A stretch of 64,000 nt of DNA from a virus (taxonomy: Duplodnaviria > Caudoviricetes): IMG/VR virus record IMGVR_UViG_3300027374_000001; one strand, 5' to 3'. Positions 29,438 to 39,486 of the stretch are shown one piece after another (the first letter of the stretch is position 1; each line of letters opens with the position of its first letter). Position numbers and translations under genes: made by a program. A model generated the notes under the pieces. That model was not told where the DNA came from. It saw only the letters and a program-made list of their open reading frames with translations, and made no database searches.

Positions 29438-30292
29438 ATGATTGATATGATTATAGAAACTTATGAACTCCAAGAGCAATTTGTGAGAGAAAATGCTTCT
29501 TTATATGAGTATATCATAGGAGAAAAATATAGTTGTTTGGAGTCCGGTGGTTCGTCTGAACTGATTAATGAAGGGGTCGTTTCTGCTATCAAAGATTTCA
29601 TAATTAATATCTTTAAAAAGATTGGTGAGATTTTTAAAAAGTTTATTAATCTTTTTAAAAAGGATGAGGTCGAAAAGACAACTAAGATAGAAAAAGATAT
29701 TAAACAGATAATAGCTAGAAATACAGATGATGGTTTCACTTTAAATTGTGATAAGTCTATGGATTTAAGTAAATATGATACTATAAATCCTATAAAGTTT
29801 TTAGATAGTTATCTGGACGGGGTCAAAGTAGAAATTAGTAATTTGAAAAACAAAGTACCCGTTAACCCTCAGCAAAAAAAGTATATGACTGATGAGAATT
29901 ATGATAAAGAGACAGATTCCATATCTAAGGAATACGTAGAGGTCGAAAACAAGATTAAAGAGATGGGCAAGTCAATTTTTATTGAATCTGCCATGGAATA
30001 TAAACTCGATAAATTGAAAGATTTGCTTGTAGATTTTGAAGATCAACAGGCTAAGAACAAAGAATTGATATCTAGAATGGAAAAGATAACAAAGGCTGTT
30101 AATTCTATCCGTTCTGACGCAGAGAAGATTCCTGTTGATCAAAATCCGTATGGGCTAAGAATGCTGAAATTTAAAGCAGATGCACTACAGGCTTTATCTT
30201 TAACCATTGTGAGGGAGTATTCTAGGATTAATCAAAATATAGTGTCATATGCTAATCAAGTATTTAATGCCTTTAATAAGCATTATAATTAA
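29438..30292 (+). CDS. internal head protein paralog
   Basis: CLES..LINEGVVSAIKDFIINIFKKIGEIFKKF is similar to the 26009 ORF. Confidence 0.55.
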   Translation: MIDMIIETYELQEQFVRENASLYEYIIGEKYSCLESGGSSELINEGVVSAIKDFIINIFKKIGEIFKKFINLFKKDEVEKTTKIEKDIKQIIARNTDDGFTLNCDKSMDLSKYDTINPIKFLDSYLDGVKVEISNLKNKVPVNPQQKKYMTDENYDKETDSISKEYVEVENKIKEMGKSIFIESAMEYKLDKLKDLLVDFEDQQAKNKELISRMEKITKAVNSIRSDAEKIPVDQNPYGLRMLKFKADALQALSLTIVREYSRINQNIVSYANQVFNAFNKHYN

Positions 30293-30345
30293 ATAAAATA
30301 CTCCCTTCTCCTGGTTTAGTTCACTAGGGGGGTAAGGAGTTTAAA

Positions 30346-31026
30346 ATGTATAATACTCAATGCGCTGAAAAAATAAGAAGAGTATTTAAAGAAGTTTGTA
30401 AGCAAACACTAATAACTGGGGATTCTAGTTTGGAGTTATTCTGTAAAGACATGATTCGTACTCTTTCCTTAAACCTTGTATTTAAAGCAGATGAAAGGGA
30501 AACCGCAGAACATTTATTACAAGTCGCTTCTGGCATATTTCATACTGCATGTTCTAGGCTGAATAATGAAATAAATGAAAAACCTATTGCAACCAGTATA
30601 TTTCGTAATAAGCAAGGTGCGGTAGAAGTTGTATTTTTTTGTGAAATGTTTGATGGAATATGTAAAATAAGCCTGATAGCTCCAGAATTAAGCAACAAAT
30701 TTATGTCTTTAGTGACTGTAGTATATAATGATGGCAAAGCTGATAACGGAATATCAAAAGAAGATGCTGTTAAGATTATATTGTGCTTTAGTGATAATAT
30801 CACAAATATAAGCTTTAATAAAAATACAGCTAAAGTCTATGAGACAACTTCTCTTGTTGCTAGATATAAGGATAGAACCCAGTTATTTAAAACTAATTTC
30901 GGAAACGACTTTTCAATTAAAAGATCTGATAATTGTTATAAAATAACCAGATTATCTTCATATGGTGAATCTAGTGAAATATATTTGGAAGGATTTATAG
31001 ATATATATTTTATACAAGAAGATTAA
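30346..31026 (+). CDS. hypothetical protein
   Basis: 226-aa ORF with AAGGAG RBS. Confidence 0.7.
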   Translation: MYNTQCAEKIRRVFKEVCKQTLITGDSSLELFCKDMIRTLSLNLVFKADERETAEHLLQVASGIFHTACSRLNNEINEKPIATSIFRNKQGAVEVVFFCEMFDGICKISLIAPELSNKFMSLVTVVYNDGKADNGISKEDAVKIILCFSDNITNISFNKNTAKVYETTSLVARYKDRTQLFKTNFGNDFSIKRSDNCYKITRLSSYGESSEIYLEGFIDIYFIQED

Positions 31027-31046
31027 TAAAACGGTGTGCAGTTCGA

Positions 31047-32246
31047 CTACTGCACACCTTTAACTTTTCTTAGTCCCATTAATAAACTACCGGTAAATAT
31101 ACCATTTTGGTTTACAAGTATTTCTTTACGGGTAGATAATATAAATTTTCCATCATATTCTCTAAACTTCTCATAATTACTAATCGTATATGTCTTATTA
31201 GGAGTAATAACAGATGGGTCCATTTCTGTTTTAGTAATATTTAAAACTATAGAACTGTTTTCTATTTTTGATTTCATACAATCAATAAAGTCTAAATTAT
31301 CACTTTGTATTTTTTCTAATCTAGGTTTATCATTGGAACCTACTGTTCTCGGGATGTCTAATGATAATTCTTTTTTATTTCCGTAAGAATCAATTCCTAT
31401 AATAGTATTAAAAATCTTATCTTCTGTTTTCTTTATATTCATCTGTGTATTTGCAGCAGATACGTTTATGATAAATGTATTATTGTCACCATCTGTAACT
31501 ATACCGGTTTGCTGAGACAAATCATTTGTGGGTTCTTGTATATTTATTATTACATTTCCGAAAGTTCCGGTATAATCATTTACGTAGTTACCTTCTTCGC
31601 TTAATAAATATGCTCTATCAAAATCAATAAAATATCTGTATCCTCCCCTATAAAACACACTTTCAGAATTTAAATATCTTAATAGCTTAGACACTGTTTC
31701 TATTGGTGGTATCACAAGATGGGAAAATAACTTATCTACGTGTAAAGGTTCCATTATTATGGTCATATGTGAAGTAAATTTATGTATTATACTAGACATA
31801 TTACTATTCTTAATAATGGTATTTACAAAATGCTTATTATTATCTATATTGTCTAACCGCAATAATGATAAATAACCAGCTTTATAATTTACTCCTATTT
31901 TATTAGAAGTGTCAGCCGCTTTTTCTAACTTGTCATAATAGTCAGCATCTGTAGTCATAGAATAAGTAAACTCTTCATTTATATAGTCTTTGAATATTGA
32001 AGAACTACTATTCTTATTAGATTTAGATATCTTTAGGATGATCCTTGCCGATTCTTGAGTAGCAACCATTTTATCATATAACGCAGAATTTATTTTAATC
32101 CCTACATAGATTGTAGGGGTAGTTCTCGTGTCGTAATCACAGTTGATTATAATATTGGTTATAGATTCTGGTAGTATTTCTTCACTTTTATTTCCATTTA
32201 TATATATACATGATACTTTATATTCATAAGCCAATGAAATAGCCAT
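31047..32246 (-). CDS. virion structural protein, possible baseplate hub (gp27-like)
   Basis: 399 aa, beta-rich; late promoter motif 32275-32264; ITPNKTYTI..YDGKFILS C-terminus. Confidence 0.45.
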   Translation of the reverse strand: MAISLAYEYKVSCIYINGNKSEEILPESITNIIINCDYDTRTTPTIYVGIKINSALYDKMVATQESARIILKISKSNKNSSSSIFKDYINEEFTYSMTTDADYYDKLEKAADTSNKIGVNYKAGYLSLLRLDNIDNNKHFVNTIIKNSNMSSIIHKFTSHMTIIMEPLHVDKLFSHLVIPPIETVSKLLRYLNSESVFYRGGYRYFIDFDRAYLLSEEGNYVNDYTGTFGNVIINIQEPTNDLSQQTGIVTDGDNNTFIINVSAANTQMNIKKTEDKIFNTIIGIDSYGNKKELSLDIPRTVGSNDKPRLEKIQSDNLDFIDCMKSKIENSSIVLNITKTEMDPSVITPNKTYTISNYEKFREYDGKFILSTRKEILVNQNGIFTGSLLMGLRKVKGVQ

Positions 32247-32283
32247 AGTTAAACACCTCCAATTAATTTAGTGTTTAAATACA

Positions 32284-32315
32284 AAAAATAAAAGGACACG
32301 GAAAACTCCGTGTCC
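32284..32315 (-). terminator. intrinsic terminator
   Basis: GGACACGGA-AAAC-TCCGTGTCC, with an A-run on + strand giving a U tail on minus. Confidence 0.7.
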
Positions 32316-32321
32316 CATGGT

Positions 32322-33407
32322 TTATAGCGACATCAAATCAAGCGGTATATTCGCAAATAGATCTCTGTTAATCTTCTTAACGCCATCGGGATCATAGAGA
32401 TTTATCATTTCAATATCATCCGATATTGGATCCGACACATATCTTGCAATACACGGGACAAGTGCTATAGTATCCCACCGTAATCTTATATCAAAAAGTT
32501 TTAATCCCCCTTTACTATGGGCAGATGAGCCAATATTACTAGGAGCATGATTTAATAATACCTCCCATAATGCAGAGTCTGGACTAGATAATTCATATAA
32601 CGATTTACATATTGTAGAAACGTTATGAATGCTTTTTAATCCTCTTTCTGGAAGAGTAGTAGAAGACAGTAATATAGAAAATCCCCCAGTACTTATCTGA
32701 GATAATACACTTATATCTAAATTATTTTTGCTGACTTTTCTTATCATATCAGCATACCAATAGCACAGATTGTGTTTATTGATATAGATAGATTCATCCC
32801 CCACTTTATTCTTTATACTATAAAGCATATGAGTATCATAACCATAATCTACCAATTGTGCCATCATTATATCTTTACTGACTATTATGGTGGGTATATT
32901 TTTCTTTACACTTTTCTCTGATATTATTCTAGAACATACACACATGGGCTCATATAATGAATGTATAAACTTTACATTACCTAAATAAGGACATAGAGTT
33001 TTCACCATATCCATATTTTTGTTTATACATTCCTCCATATGAACGTTATATCCAGAAATAAAGAAATTAGTATACGTAGGACTAAACTTTTTACCATCAG
33101 ATATAGACTTTTCCATACGAGAGAATACTATATAGATATTAGATCTCACTTGATATCTTGTAGCATAGAAATTCCTATAATGCGCTGCGGCATTAATTAT
33201 ACAGGCTGCTATAGAATACTCATTAGAAAAGTCGTGCGGGTTTAAACCATATATTGATTTGATTATAGAATTAGCGTCTATGATCAAGTTTATTTCTTCG
33301 GCTCCAGATTTGTTGAACTCGAAGTTGGTTATATCCCATAACCTATCGTATTTTACATAATGTAGGTACATTAATCCTTCTGGATTTATATTAGTCATAC
33401 GTACCAT
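32322..33407 (-). CDS. PIN/5'-3' exonuclease (flap nuclease/RNase H)-like protein
   Basis: LIIDANS near the N-terminus and IIVSKDIMMAQL resemble PIN/FEN motifs (partly degenerate). Confidence 0.45.
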   Translation of the reverse strand: MVRMTNINPEGLMYLHYVKYDRLWDITNFEFNKSGAEEINLIIDANSIIKSIYGLNPHDFSNEYSIAACIINAAAHYRNFYATRYQVRSNIYIVFSRMEKSISDGKKFSPTYTNFFISGYNVHMEECINKNMDMVKTLCPYLGNVKFIHSLYEPMCVCSRIISEKSVKKNIPTIIVSKDIMMAQLVDYGYDTHMLYSIKNKVGDESIYINKHNLCYWYADMIRKVSKNNLDISVLSQISTGGFSILLSSTTLPERGLKSIHNVSTICKSLYELSSPDSALWEVLLNHAPSNIGSSAHSKGGLKLFDIRLRWDTIALVPCIARYVSDPISDDIEMINLYDPDGVKKINRDLFANIPLDLMSL

Positions 33408-33807
33408 CTCCTAATAAATCATCCGGAGAATAGTCTTCGTCTTCTCCGTTAGCTGCTATATATTCGGACCACATTTCTATATAACCAGGCTGATCCTCTA
33501 CAGCTTGATAAATCAATGAACCGATATCTGGTCGATTTTCAAGAATGGAATTCGCTATTTCTCTAGCATTTCCGTATCCTGTATCTAACAGAACTCTCGT
33601 TAATTCATTAGGACCATCTTCTGTGAGGAACGATACTCCTTTAGACATGGTGTCTCCGTCTTCTCTTGCGTAGTATTTCCTTATATCTAATTTAGCAGTG
33701 TCTGAGTCTCCCCATATAATCTTTCTGAGAGCTATAAATGTGTTGTTTTTCTCATCTATAGTATAATCAAAGTCTGGGTCGACTTTATATTTAAATTCTG
33801 ATGCCAT
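33391..33807 (-). CDS. PC4/YdbC-like single-stranded DNA-binding protein
   Basis: IALRKIIWGD..KLDIRKYY..MSKGVSFL is the PC4-like signature; acidic C-terminal tail. Confidence 0.7.
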   Translation of the reverse strand: MASEFKYKVDPDFDYTIDEKNNTFIALRKIIWGDSDTAKLDIRKYYAREDGDTMSKGVSFLTEDGPNELTRVLLDTGYGNAREIANSILENRPDIGSLIYQAVEDQPGYIEMWSEYIAANGEDEDYSPDDLLGDGTYD

Positions 33808-33878
33808 AAAATAACCTCCTAAAAAATAAAAGGGTATGGAGGATAATCTCCATACCCCAACGCTGCTTAATATTCAGC

Positions 33879-34661
33879 TTACCATCCTGTTACGATTGGA
33901 CTACGACCGGTAGCTCCCATCTCAGCCAGCAGTTCATTTACCTTTTCCTTAGATGCCTTCATGATTTTCAATCTCCAATTGATATATGGATTTGAAATCT
34001 GGCTGTTCAGCATTGCCGGATTAACCGGGGACTGAGGAAGAACTAAATAATCTGCCGGGGTACCATTTGACATAGACGGCCCATATATAATCCTAAGCAG
34101 TTTAGTCAAATCGACGTTTAACAGCTTGATATAGATCGGTCCATTGGTATACCCGTTGTTATCCTGGAACTGATTTACATGATTCCTGAATGTATTCGGA
34201 TTGAACGGGTCAATGTTGAAACCTGGAATCATGAATTCTGACAGGATTTGAGCACCCTCGCTTGTGATCTCAAAATTGATGTTTCTGTTAAGAGAATTAA
34301 TAGCACGAAGCTGAGCTGCAATTCTGCTATCATCGCTTCCCTCTCCGATCATCTTAAAGGCTCTAATTGATTTATTATCGCCTTCGGTAGCCTGAGACTC
34401 TGAGAACGGCTTGAAGTACAATTCTACTGCCATCTGTGCAGTCATCGGATTCCCGTTACCGGGATTGATGAAGATTGCTGAACCATGATAATCAACAAAT
34501 GCTGACCCAAGAATCTTGTTGATCATCTTAGAGATTTTTGCAGTGTTCTCAAAAGACTCTTCCAGAATAGGATTAAAGGGTACATAATCGTCTACACGAA
34601 TTCTGAGTCTTTCTTTCTTCTGCTGCTTGTTGTCTTTGTTATTAGTGTTTTCTGTTGACAT
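33879..34661 (-). CDS. hypothetical protein
   Basis: 260 aa, AAGGAGG RBS, early-type promoter 34757-34739, terminator ~33821-33858. Confidence 0.75.
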   Translation of the reverse strand: MSTENTNNKDNKQQKKERLRIRVDDYVPFNPILEESFENTAKISKMINKILGSAFVDYHGSAIFINPGNGNPMTAQMAVELYFKPFSESQATEGDNKSIRAFKMIGEGSDDSRIAAQLRAINSLNRNINFEITSEGAQILSEFMIPGFNIDPFNPNTFRNHVNQFQDNNGYTNGPIYIKLLNVDLTKLLRIIYGPSMSNGTPADYLVLPQSPVNPAMLNSQISNPYINWRLKIMKASKEKVNELLAEMGATGRSPIVTGW

Positions 34662-34781
34662 TGCAATGTCCTCCTTTGGTAGATATTAATAATATTATTA
34701 ATAAGGTGTTACTGTGTAAATAGATTTCTATCTACTACACAATTCTATAATATATAACCACTATAGTTTTTAGCCAAGTGG

Positions 34782-35840
34782 TTATTTATTATTATACTTA
34801 TTTTTATTGAGACTTATCTTATTAAATGCTTCCACTACAGATTTATTTTTGCCAGCTACTGGGTCATTTGCTAACATTTTTATATTCTGCTCCGATTCAA
34901 CATTTTCCAACTCTATATGCTTACGTCCACTATATCTATAACCTATGACATATAGATCATTGTTCGAGTCCATAAGTAAGCAGTAATCATTTTGTATTTC
35001 ATCGAAATCTACATCATACCAATATTTTACTCCAATTGTCGCTATGATGTTTACCATTTTCACTGCTTCTATAACTTGTATTGCTTCTTCACATACTGCA
35101 CCATCATCATGTATATAGATTTTAAAATTCACCGGTATTATGTCAAATGCTCTATAAAAATCATACATGAAATTATTTTCTTCCATCAAGGTTCTTAATG
35201 ATTTGCAATACCCATCAAACGAGTCTCTTTGTTTTAAGAATTTTTTGGCAGATGCAAGTGCCGGAGCTTTACTACATTCATAATTAATGTGATCAGTGAA
35301 TAGCCTTTCTAATGATATGTCAAACGGCTTGGTTTTGATTAGTCTCAATATGTCGTCAACTGTATCATCCATATATGTGGATATAAATACACTTTTTTCT
35401 ACTGAATTACATGCTGTCATTATTTTATAGTCCACACCCTCTGGACAAGTATCTTTCGATACACAGCATCCAGTGTAGGTTCTAGATGTTGTAATAACCA
35501 TGTTTGCAAATAAATCTGTGATGCTCTGTCTTAATACGCAATAGGGTTCGTTATCTCCAGCAAGGATGTCTTTATATTTATGCATACATACTATCACATC
35601 ATCTAAGTCATGTTTACATTGGGCTATACAAAATACCAAAGTCGAGTGAGGTTTAAGTAATGTCCAATTGTTTTTCAAATCTGACAATGTTAATTTTCTA
35701 ATATTTGTTTTTGAATTGTCGTCGTATACAGAAACTACATCATTATGATCATATCTATATATTCTGACCATTTCTACTACGTTTCCTTCGGAGTCTTCTC
35801 TAAAGTACTTATTTCCAATAACAGTTGAAACTTCATTCAT
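34782..35840 (-). CDS. hypothetical protein
   Basis: 352 aa, AGGAGG RBS, AACA-N6-TA at 35872-35861. Confidence 0.75.
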   Translation of the reverse strand: MNEVSTVIGNKYFREDSEGNVVEMVRIYRYDHNDVVSVYDDNSKTNIRKLTLSDLKNNWTLLKPHSTLVFCIAQCKHDLDDVIVCMHKYKDILAGDNEPYCVLRQSITDLFANMVITTSRTYTGCCVSKDTCPEGVDYKIMTACNSVEKSVFISTYMDDTVDDILRLIKTKPFDISLERLFTDHINYECSKAPALASAKKFLKQRDSFDGYCKSLRTLMEENNFMYDFYRAFDIIPVNFKIYIHDDGAVCEEAIQVIEAVKMVNIIATIGVKYWYDVDFDEIQNDYCLLMDSNNDLYVIGYRYSGRKHIELENVESEQNIKMLANDPVAGKNKSVVEAFNKISLNKNKYNNK

Positions 35841-35881
35841 TGGTATACCTCCTAAATGATTATTTACGTGTTTATTCTGTA

Positions 35882-38200
35882 TTATAATATATTATCCATT
35901 GATTCTTTGATAAGCTGAGCTTGTATTTTCATTTTCTTAAATATTCTATCTATTTTTCTCTTATCATAATTTCTAGCATAATCCTCGAATAATAAATATA
36001 GTTTTGGATTTAGTATAGAGGATAAATCTTTTGGGGTTACAAGATTCGGAGATTTATCTAATACTTCAATATCTGCTTGCTGTAATAAATAAGTTACAAA
36101 TTGAGAACACACCATAGAAGTTGCATCCCCTCCCATTTCTATAGATTTGTTTCTTATTATATTCCATATATTAGCAAACGAATAAGTAGTTTCCTTTTTA
36201 TGACTAAGAAAATAGTCTAGCTTGTTCTTAATAATATTTAGATCTCGCCTTTTTATAAACATACAACTTATCTTAACCTTAGCATCTTCATTATACTTTA
36301 CATATTCAGATAATTTCTCTTCAGAGAATCCTCCTAACTTGTTTGTCTTATTGTCTCCATCAAAAGAATAAAGCTTTTCCATAGAAGTATCTAATGATAT
36401 AGAAGCATGTGTATATTGACTTCTAGTATAAGTTCCAATAACTTTGCCAAATGGAGTGCCAGTATATGAGCATACTATAAAAATAGGATATTTGTCGGAC
36501 GTAGTGTCTTTAGATGGGTTTTTATCTAATTGAGATTTTACTCCGGTATATATTTTAGAATGTCTATTATACATTTCTATATCATTTTTAGCAAATTGTA
36601 TTACATCTTTAATATTCCATTCATCCCGTATCCATCTTCTTATTAGAGATTTGTATTTATTAGTCTCTACACATATTAGTGGATATTTTTTAATAGTCTT
36701 GTAGGGCACAAATAAGAATATTTGAATACCTTCTATTATGTACTTATTTTTAGTATCTTTGGATATATCCTTTATTAACCATTTAAAGAAAGGAACAAAT
36801 GTATCTTCAAAGTTATTTTGTTCTATACTTGTTGGAAAATCTTTTGCTTTCTTTTTCGTTTCTTTTAGGTATTTTTTAATTATCTTTACACATGGGTCAT
36901 TCGGATATTCAATTTTAGCATATTCATAGTTATGGAACATATCTAACCCTATCACTATAGAATCAATATCTTCTGAAATCTGGTATGATAGGGTAGATTT
37001 TCCGGAACCAGAAAATCCTGTTATCAATAAAAAGTTTTGAGTGCCATCCATGAAGTCATCTATATTATACACTCTATTATTTTTAAATAGAGTATTATCA
37101 TTTAACACAGTCTCTGTTACCATTCTTTTTTTGGTATTACTAGATTCCTCCAATAGATTTTTCATATTGATTGGAACTGTTATATCCCATCCCAATCTAA
37201 GTAATGATTCATTGTTAGGAGCAGATTCTAACATAGCTAAATATTGTATCGAGTCAATCCCTTGACAATACGATTTGATGAAATCAGCATTTTCTGTGCA
37301 TATATTACTAGATATCATTTCTTCTGGTGAGTAAGAACCGTATACAGAATTTTTCTTATCTTCAAAGTGAATAATTATCACGTTTAGGTCTATGCCATTA
37401 TCGTGCTCTATATGCACATTACAAAATTGGTCAAAATGCTCAGTATACCAATCGGATAATTTTTGTAAATCATTAAACACCTCTGTCTCATCACAATCTT
37501 GCGGATATAAGACAATATTAAAATTTTGCTTAGATAATTTATAAGGTGCTATATATATATATCGTAAATGTATAGTTTCAAATAACTTTTGTACAAATGC
37601 ATAATTATAGGTTTCTCTAACTCCATCATATGTATTCCCATATATACATTGTAATTCTATGCTATAATCTGAATATGATGATTGGTGATGCCTAAAAGTG
37701 ATTTTAGAAACAAACCCATCCTTTGCGATTATAAATGTAGACCTATTCTCGTCGGCATACTGAGATATTATTCCATATAAACTTTCAATAGCTTTATTGA
37801 TATCTGAAATGATATATTTTAAGTATTGATCGATGTAAGAGTCATCTGATTCTGATATACCCATAGCTCCGACGTTAATACCATTATCATTAGTTTTATT
37901 TTGTTTAGCTTTATTTTTTAGTCTAGTTATTTTAGCTTTTTGATTTTTAACTGGTTTACTGAAATTATTTATAAAGCTTCTTGGCTTCCCGTCTGTAGGC
38001 AGAGCATCTTCTATTACAGGTGCAGATATCATATTATCTGAAACGTATTTTCTGACATTAAATAAAGATACATTTATCATTGAAGAATCGGTTTCTGATA
38101 AATTTATAATATCTTTACATGAACACTTTTCATAGATTAGCTTTCCGGTTTTCTTTTCCCATAATAAGTATTCGTTAATGTTACATATTTGTGTATTCAC
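35882..38200 (-). CDS. mosaic protein: P-loop (nucleotide kinase-like) domain plus C-terminal permuted papain-like amidase (YaeF/YiiX, C92-like)
   Basis: LLITGFSGSGKST Walker A and YIIEG; YTHASISLD..MVCSQFVTYLL..VTPKDL has the His-before-Cys papain-like order. Confidence 0.65.
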   Translation of the reverse strand: MNTQICNINEYLLWEKKTGKLIYEKCSCKDIINLSETDSSMINVSLFNVRKYVSDNMISAPVIEDALPTDGKPRSFINNFSKPVKNQKAKITRLKNKAKQNKTNDNGINVGAMGISESDDSYIDQYLKYIISDINKAIESLYGIISQYADENRSTFIIAKDGFVSKITFRHHQSSYSDYSIELQCIYGNTYDGVRETYNYAFVQKLFETIHLRYIYIAPYKLSKQNFNIVLYPQDCDETEVFNDLQKLSDWYTEHFDQFCNVHIEHDNGIDLNVIIIHFEDKKNSVYGSYSPEEMISSNICTENADFIKSYCQGIDSIQYLAMLESAPNNESLLRLGWDITVPINMKNLLEESSNTKKRMVTETVLNDNTLFKNNRVYNIDDFMDGTQNFLLITGFSGSGKSTLSYQISEDIDSIVIGLDMFHNYEYAKIEYPNDPCVKIIKKYLKETKKKAKDFPTSIEQNNFEDTFVPFFKWLIKDISKDTKNKYIIEGIQIFLFVPYKTIKKYPLICVETNKYKSLIRRWIRDEWNIKDVIQFAKNDIEMYNRHSKIYTGVKSQLDKNPSKDTTSDKYPIFIVCSYTGTPFGKVIGTYTRSQYTHASISLDTSMEKLYSFDGDNKTNKLGGFSEEKLSEYVKYNEDAKVKISCMFIKRRDLNIIKNKLDYFLSHKKETTYSFANIWNIIRNKSIEMGGDATSMVCSQFVTYLLQQADIEVLDKSPNLVTPKDLSSILNPKLYLLFEDYARNYDKRKIDRIFKKMKIQAQLIKESMDNIL

Positions 38201-38273
38201 GTCTTATCCTCCTTTAACTTAGCTTACCTCGATGTTTCGCAAATAATAAAAATAGGGCATAGGAGATATACTC

Positions 38274-39125
38274 CTATGCCATTTGTTTTGCTATCATAAT
38301 ACCATATCCCATAGAATAGTATACTGGTTCATCTATATGCACATCATGTATAAAACCCAAATTATTGCAGTGTTCAATAAAGGTTTTTACATCATCTGCA
38401 TCCTGTTCAGATTCAATATTATATTCAGCAAAAATATAACCTCCGTCGTCATCCTCTATATCTCTAGGGGTTATACATAAAAAATTCTCATTGTTATGAA
38501 GATTTCTTAATATTTCATGAAATTGATGTATTAATTCCGTAACTTTATCATTAGTAGAAGATTCAGTTATTTTCTTAGTTTGTAGCATATTCTCTAATGC
38601 TTGGATGTGTGCTGGTTGTAAAATATCTTTCACCTCTTCTAATTCGTAAAATTTACCTTTGTTGGCTAACTCTGTGTCTCTAAGTTCTTTTCTTATATAA
38701 CCATCATAGTGTTTTACATAATCTGCTATATATACTTCATTGACTGAACCATCATATGGTATGTCTCCTTCTTTACACGGCAGTAGATATTCAAACACCT
38801 TTACATAAGTTACTCCAGTATAACGTATATTCTTTATTATCAGTTTGGCTTCTTCTTTAGTTTCCATAAACACTTGATCCATATTGCTTATTCCTTTATC
38901 AAATCCTCCTCCTGGAATTCTGTATCTTCCATTCTCTGATTTGACAAGATACACTTTAGTACCGTCGAAAACCAAAACTTCAACTCTACCTCTAAATATT
39001 TTATCCGGGTAATCTTCCCTAGTTATTATATTATTCCAATCACCATCAGTATTATAGAATCCACCTTGTTTTATAGCTTTGGATCTTGTCATGCTCCGGT
39101 CAGCAGGAGTTTTATTTTTGCCCAT
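38274..39125 (-). CDS. NUDIX hydrolase domain protein
   Basis: YRIPGGGFDKGISNMDQVFMETKEEA is a Nudix-box variant. Confidence 0.7.
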   Translation of the reverse strand: MGKNKTPADRSMTRSKAIKQGGFYNTDGDWNNIITREDYPDKIFRGRVEVLVFDGTKVYLVKSENGRYRIPGGGFDKGISNMDQVFMETKEEAKLIIKNIRYTGVTYVKVFEYLLPCKEGDIPYDGSVNEVYIADYVKHYDGYIRKELRDTELANKGKFYELEEVKDILQPAHIQALENMLQTKKITESSTNDKVTELIHQFHEILRNLHNNENFLCITPRDIEDDDGGYIFAEYNIESEQDADDVKTFIEHCNNLGFIHDVHIDEPVYYSMGYGIMIAKQMA

Positions 39126-39171
39126 AGGTTCTAGACCTCCTTCAATAAATAAATTATATTAATGTTTCAGG

Positions 39172-39301
39172 GCAAAAATACTAGGGTGACCCATACTAGG
39201 TCACCCCGGTCGCGATAGTAATGATGAGATTTTATCTATAGTAAGAGTTGAAAGAGGGGTTACAACTTCTCAATGATGCTTAATTGTTGATCTCATCATT
39301 A
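39172..39301 (-). ncRNA. putative structured small RNA 1
   Basis: AACT-TATATA-TA promoter (39311-39300); 12-bp perfect terminal stem (39290-39301 with 39219-39230); terminator GGGTGACC/GGTCACCC plus U-run; no plausible ORF. Confidence 0.55.
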
Positions 39302-39326
39302 TATATAAGTTTAATTGTTTATAAAA

Positions 39327-39478
39327 CAAAAAATAAATACGGGTACGGACTAACTCCGTACCCGTATTTATCTTTGCGCAATCCAATGCGCATGTTTTAA
39401 TAATGGAATAATTAACGAACTTCCGTAAGGTATGCTTTAAGCATATATATTTTAATTTATTTTTCGTTTATTCCATTA
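39327..39478 (-). ncRNA. putative structured small RNA 2
   Basis: AACT-TATATA-TA promoter (39488-39477); 10+6-bp terminal stem (39463-39478 with 39401-39419); TGCGCA hairpin; terminator AAATACGGGTACGGA/TCCGTACCCGTATTT plus U-run. Confidence 0.55.
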
Positions 39479-39486
39479 TATATAAG

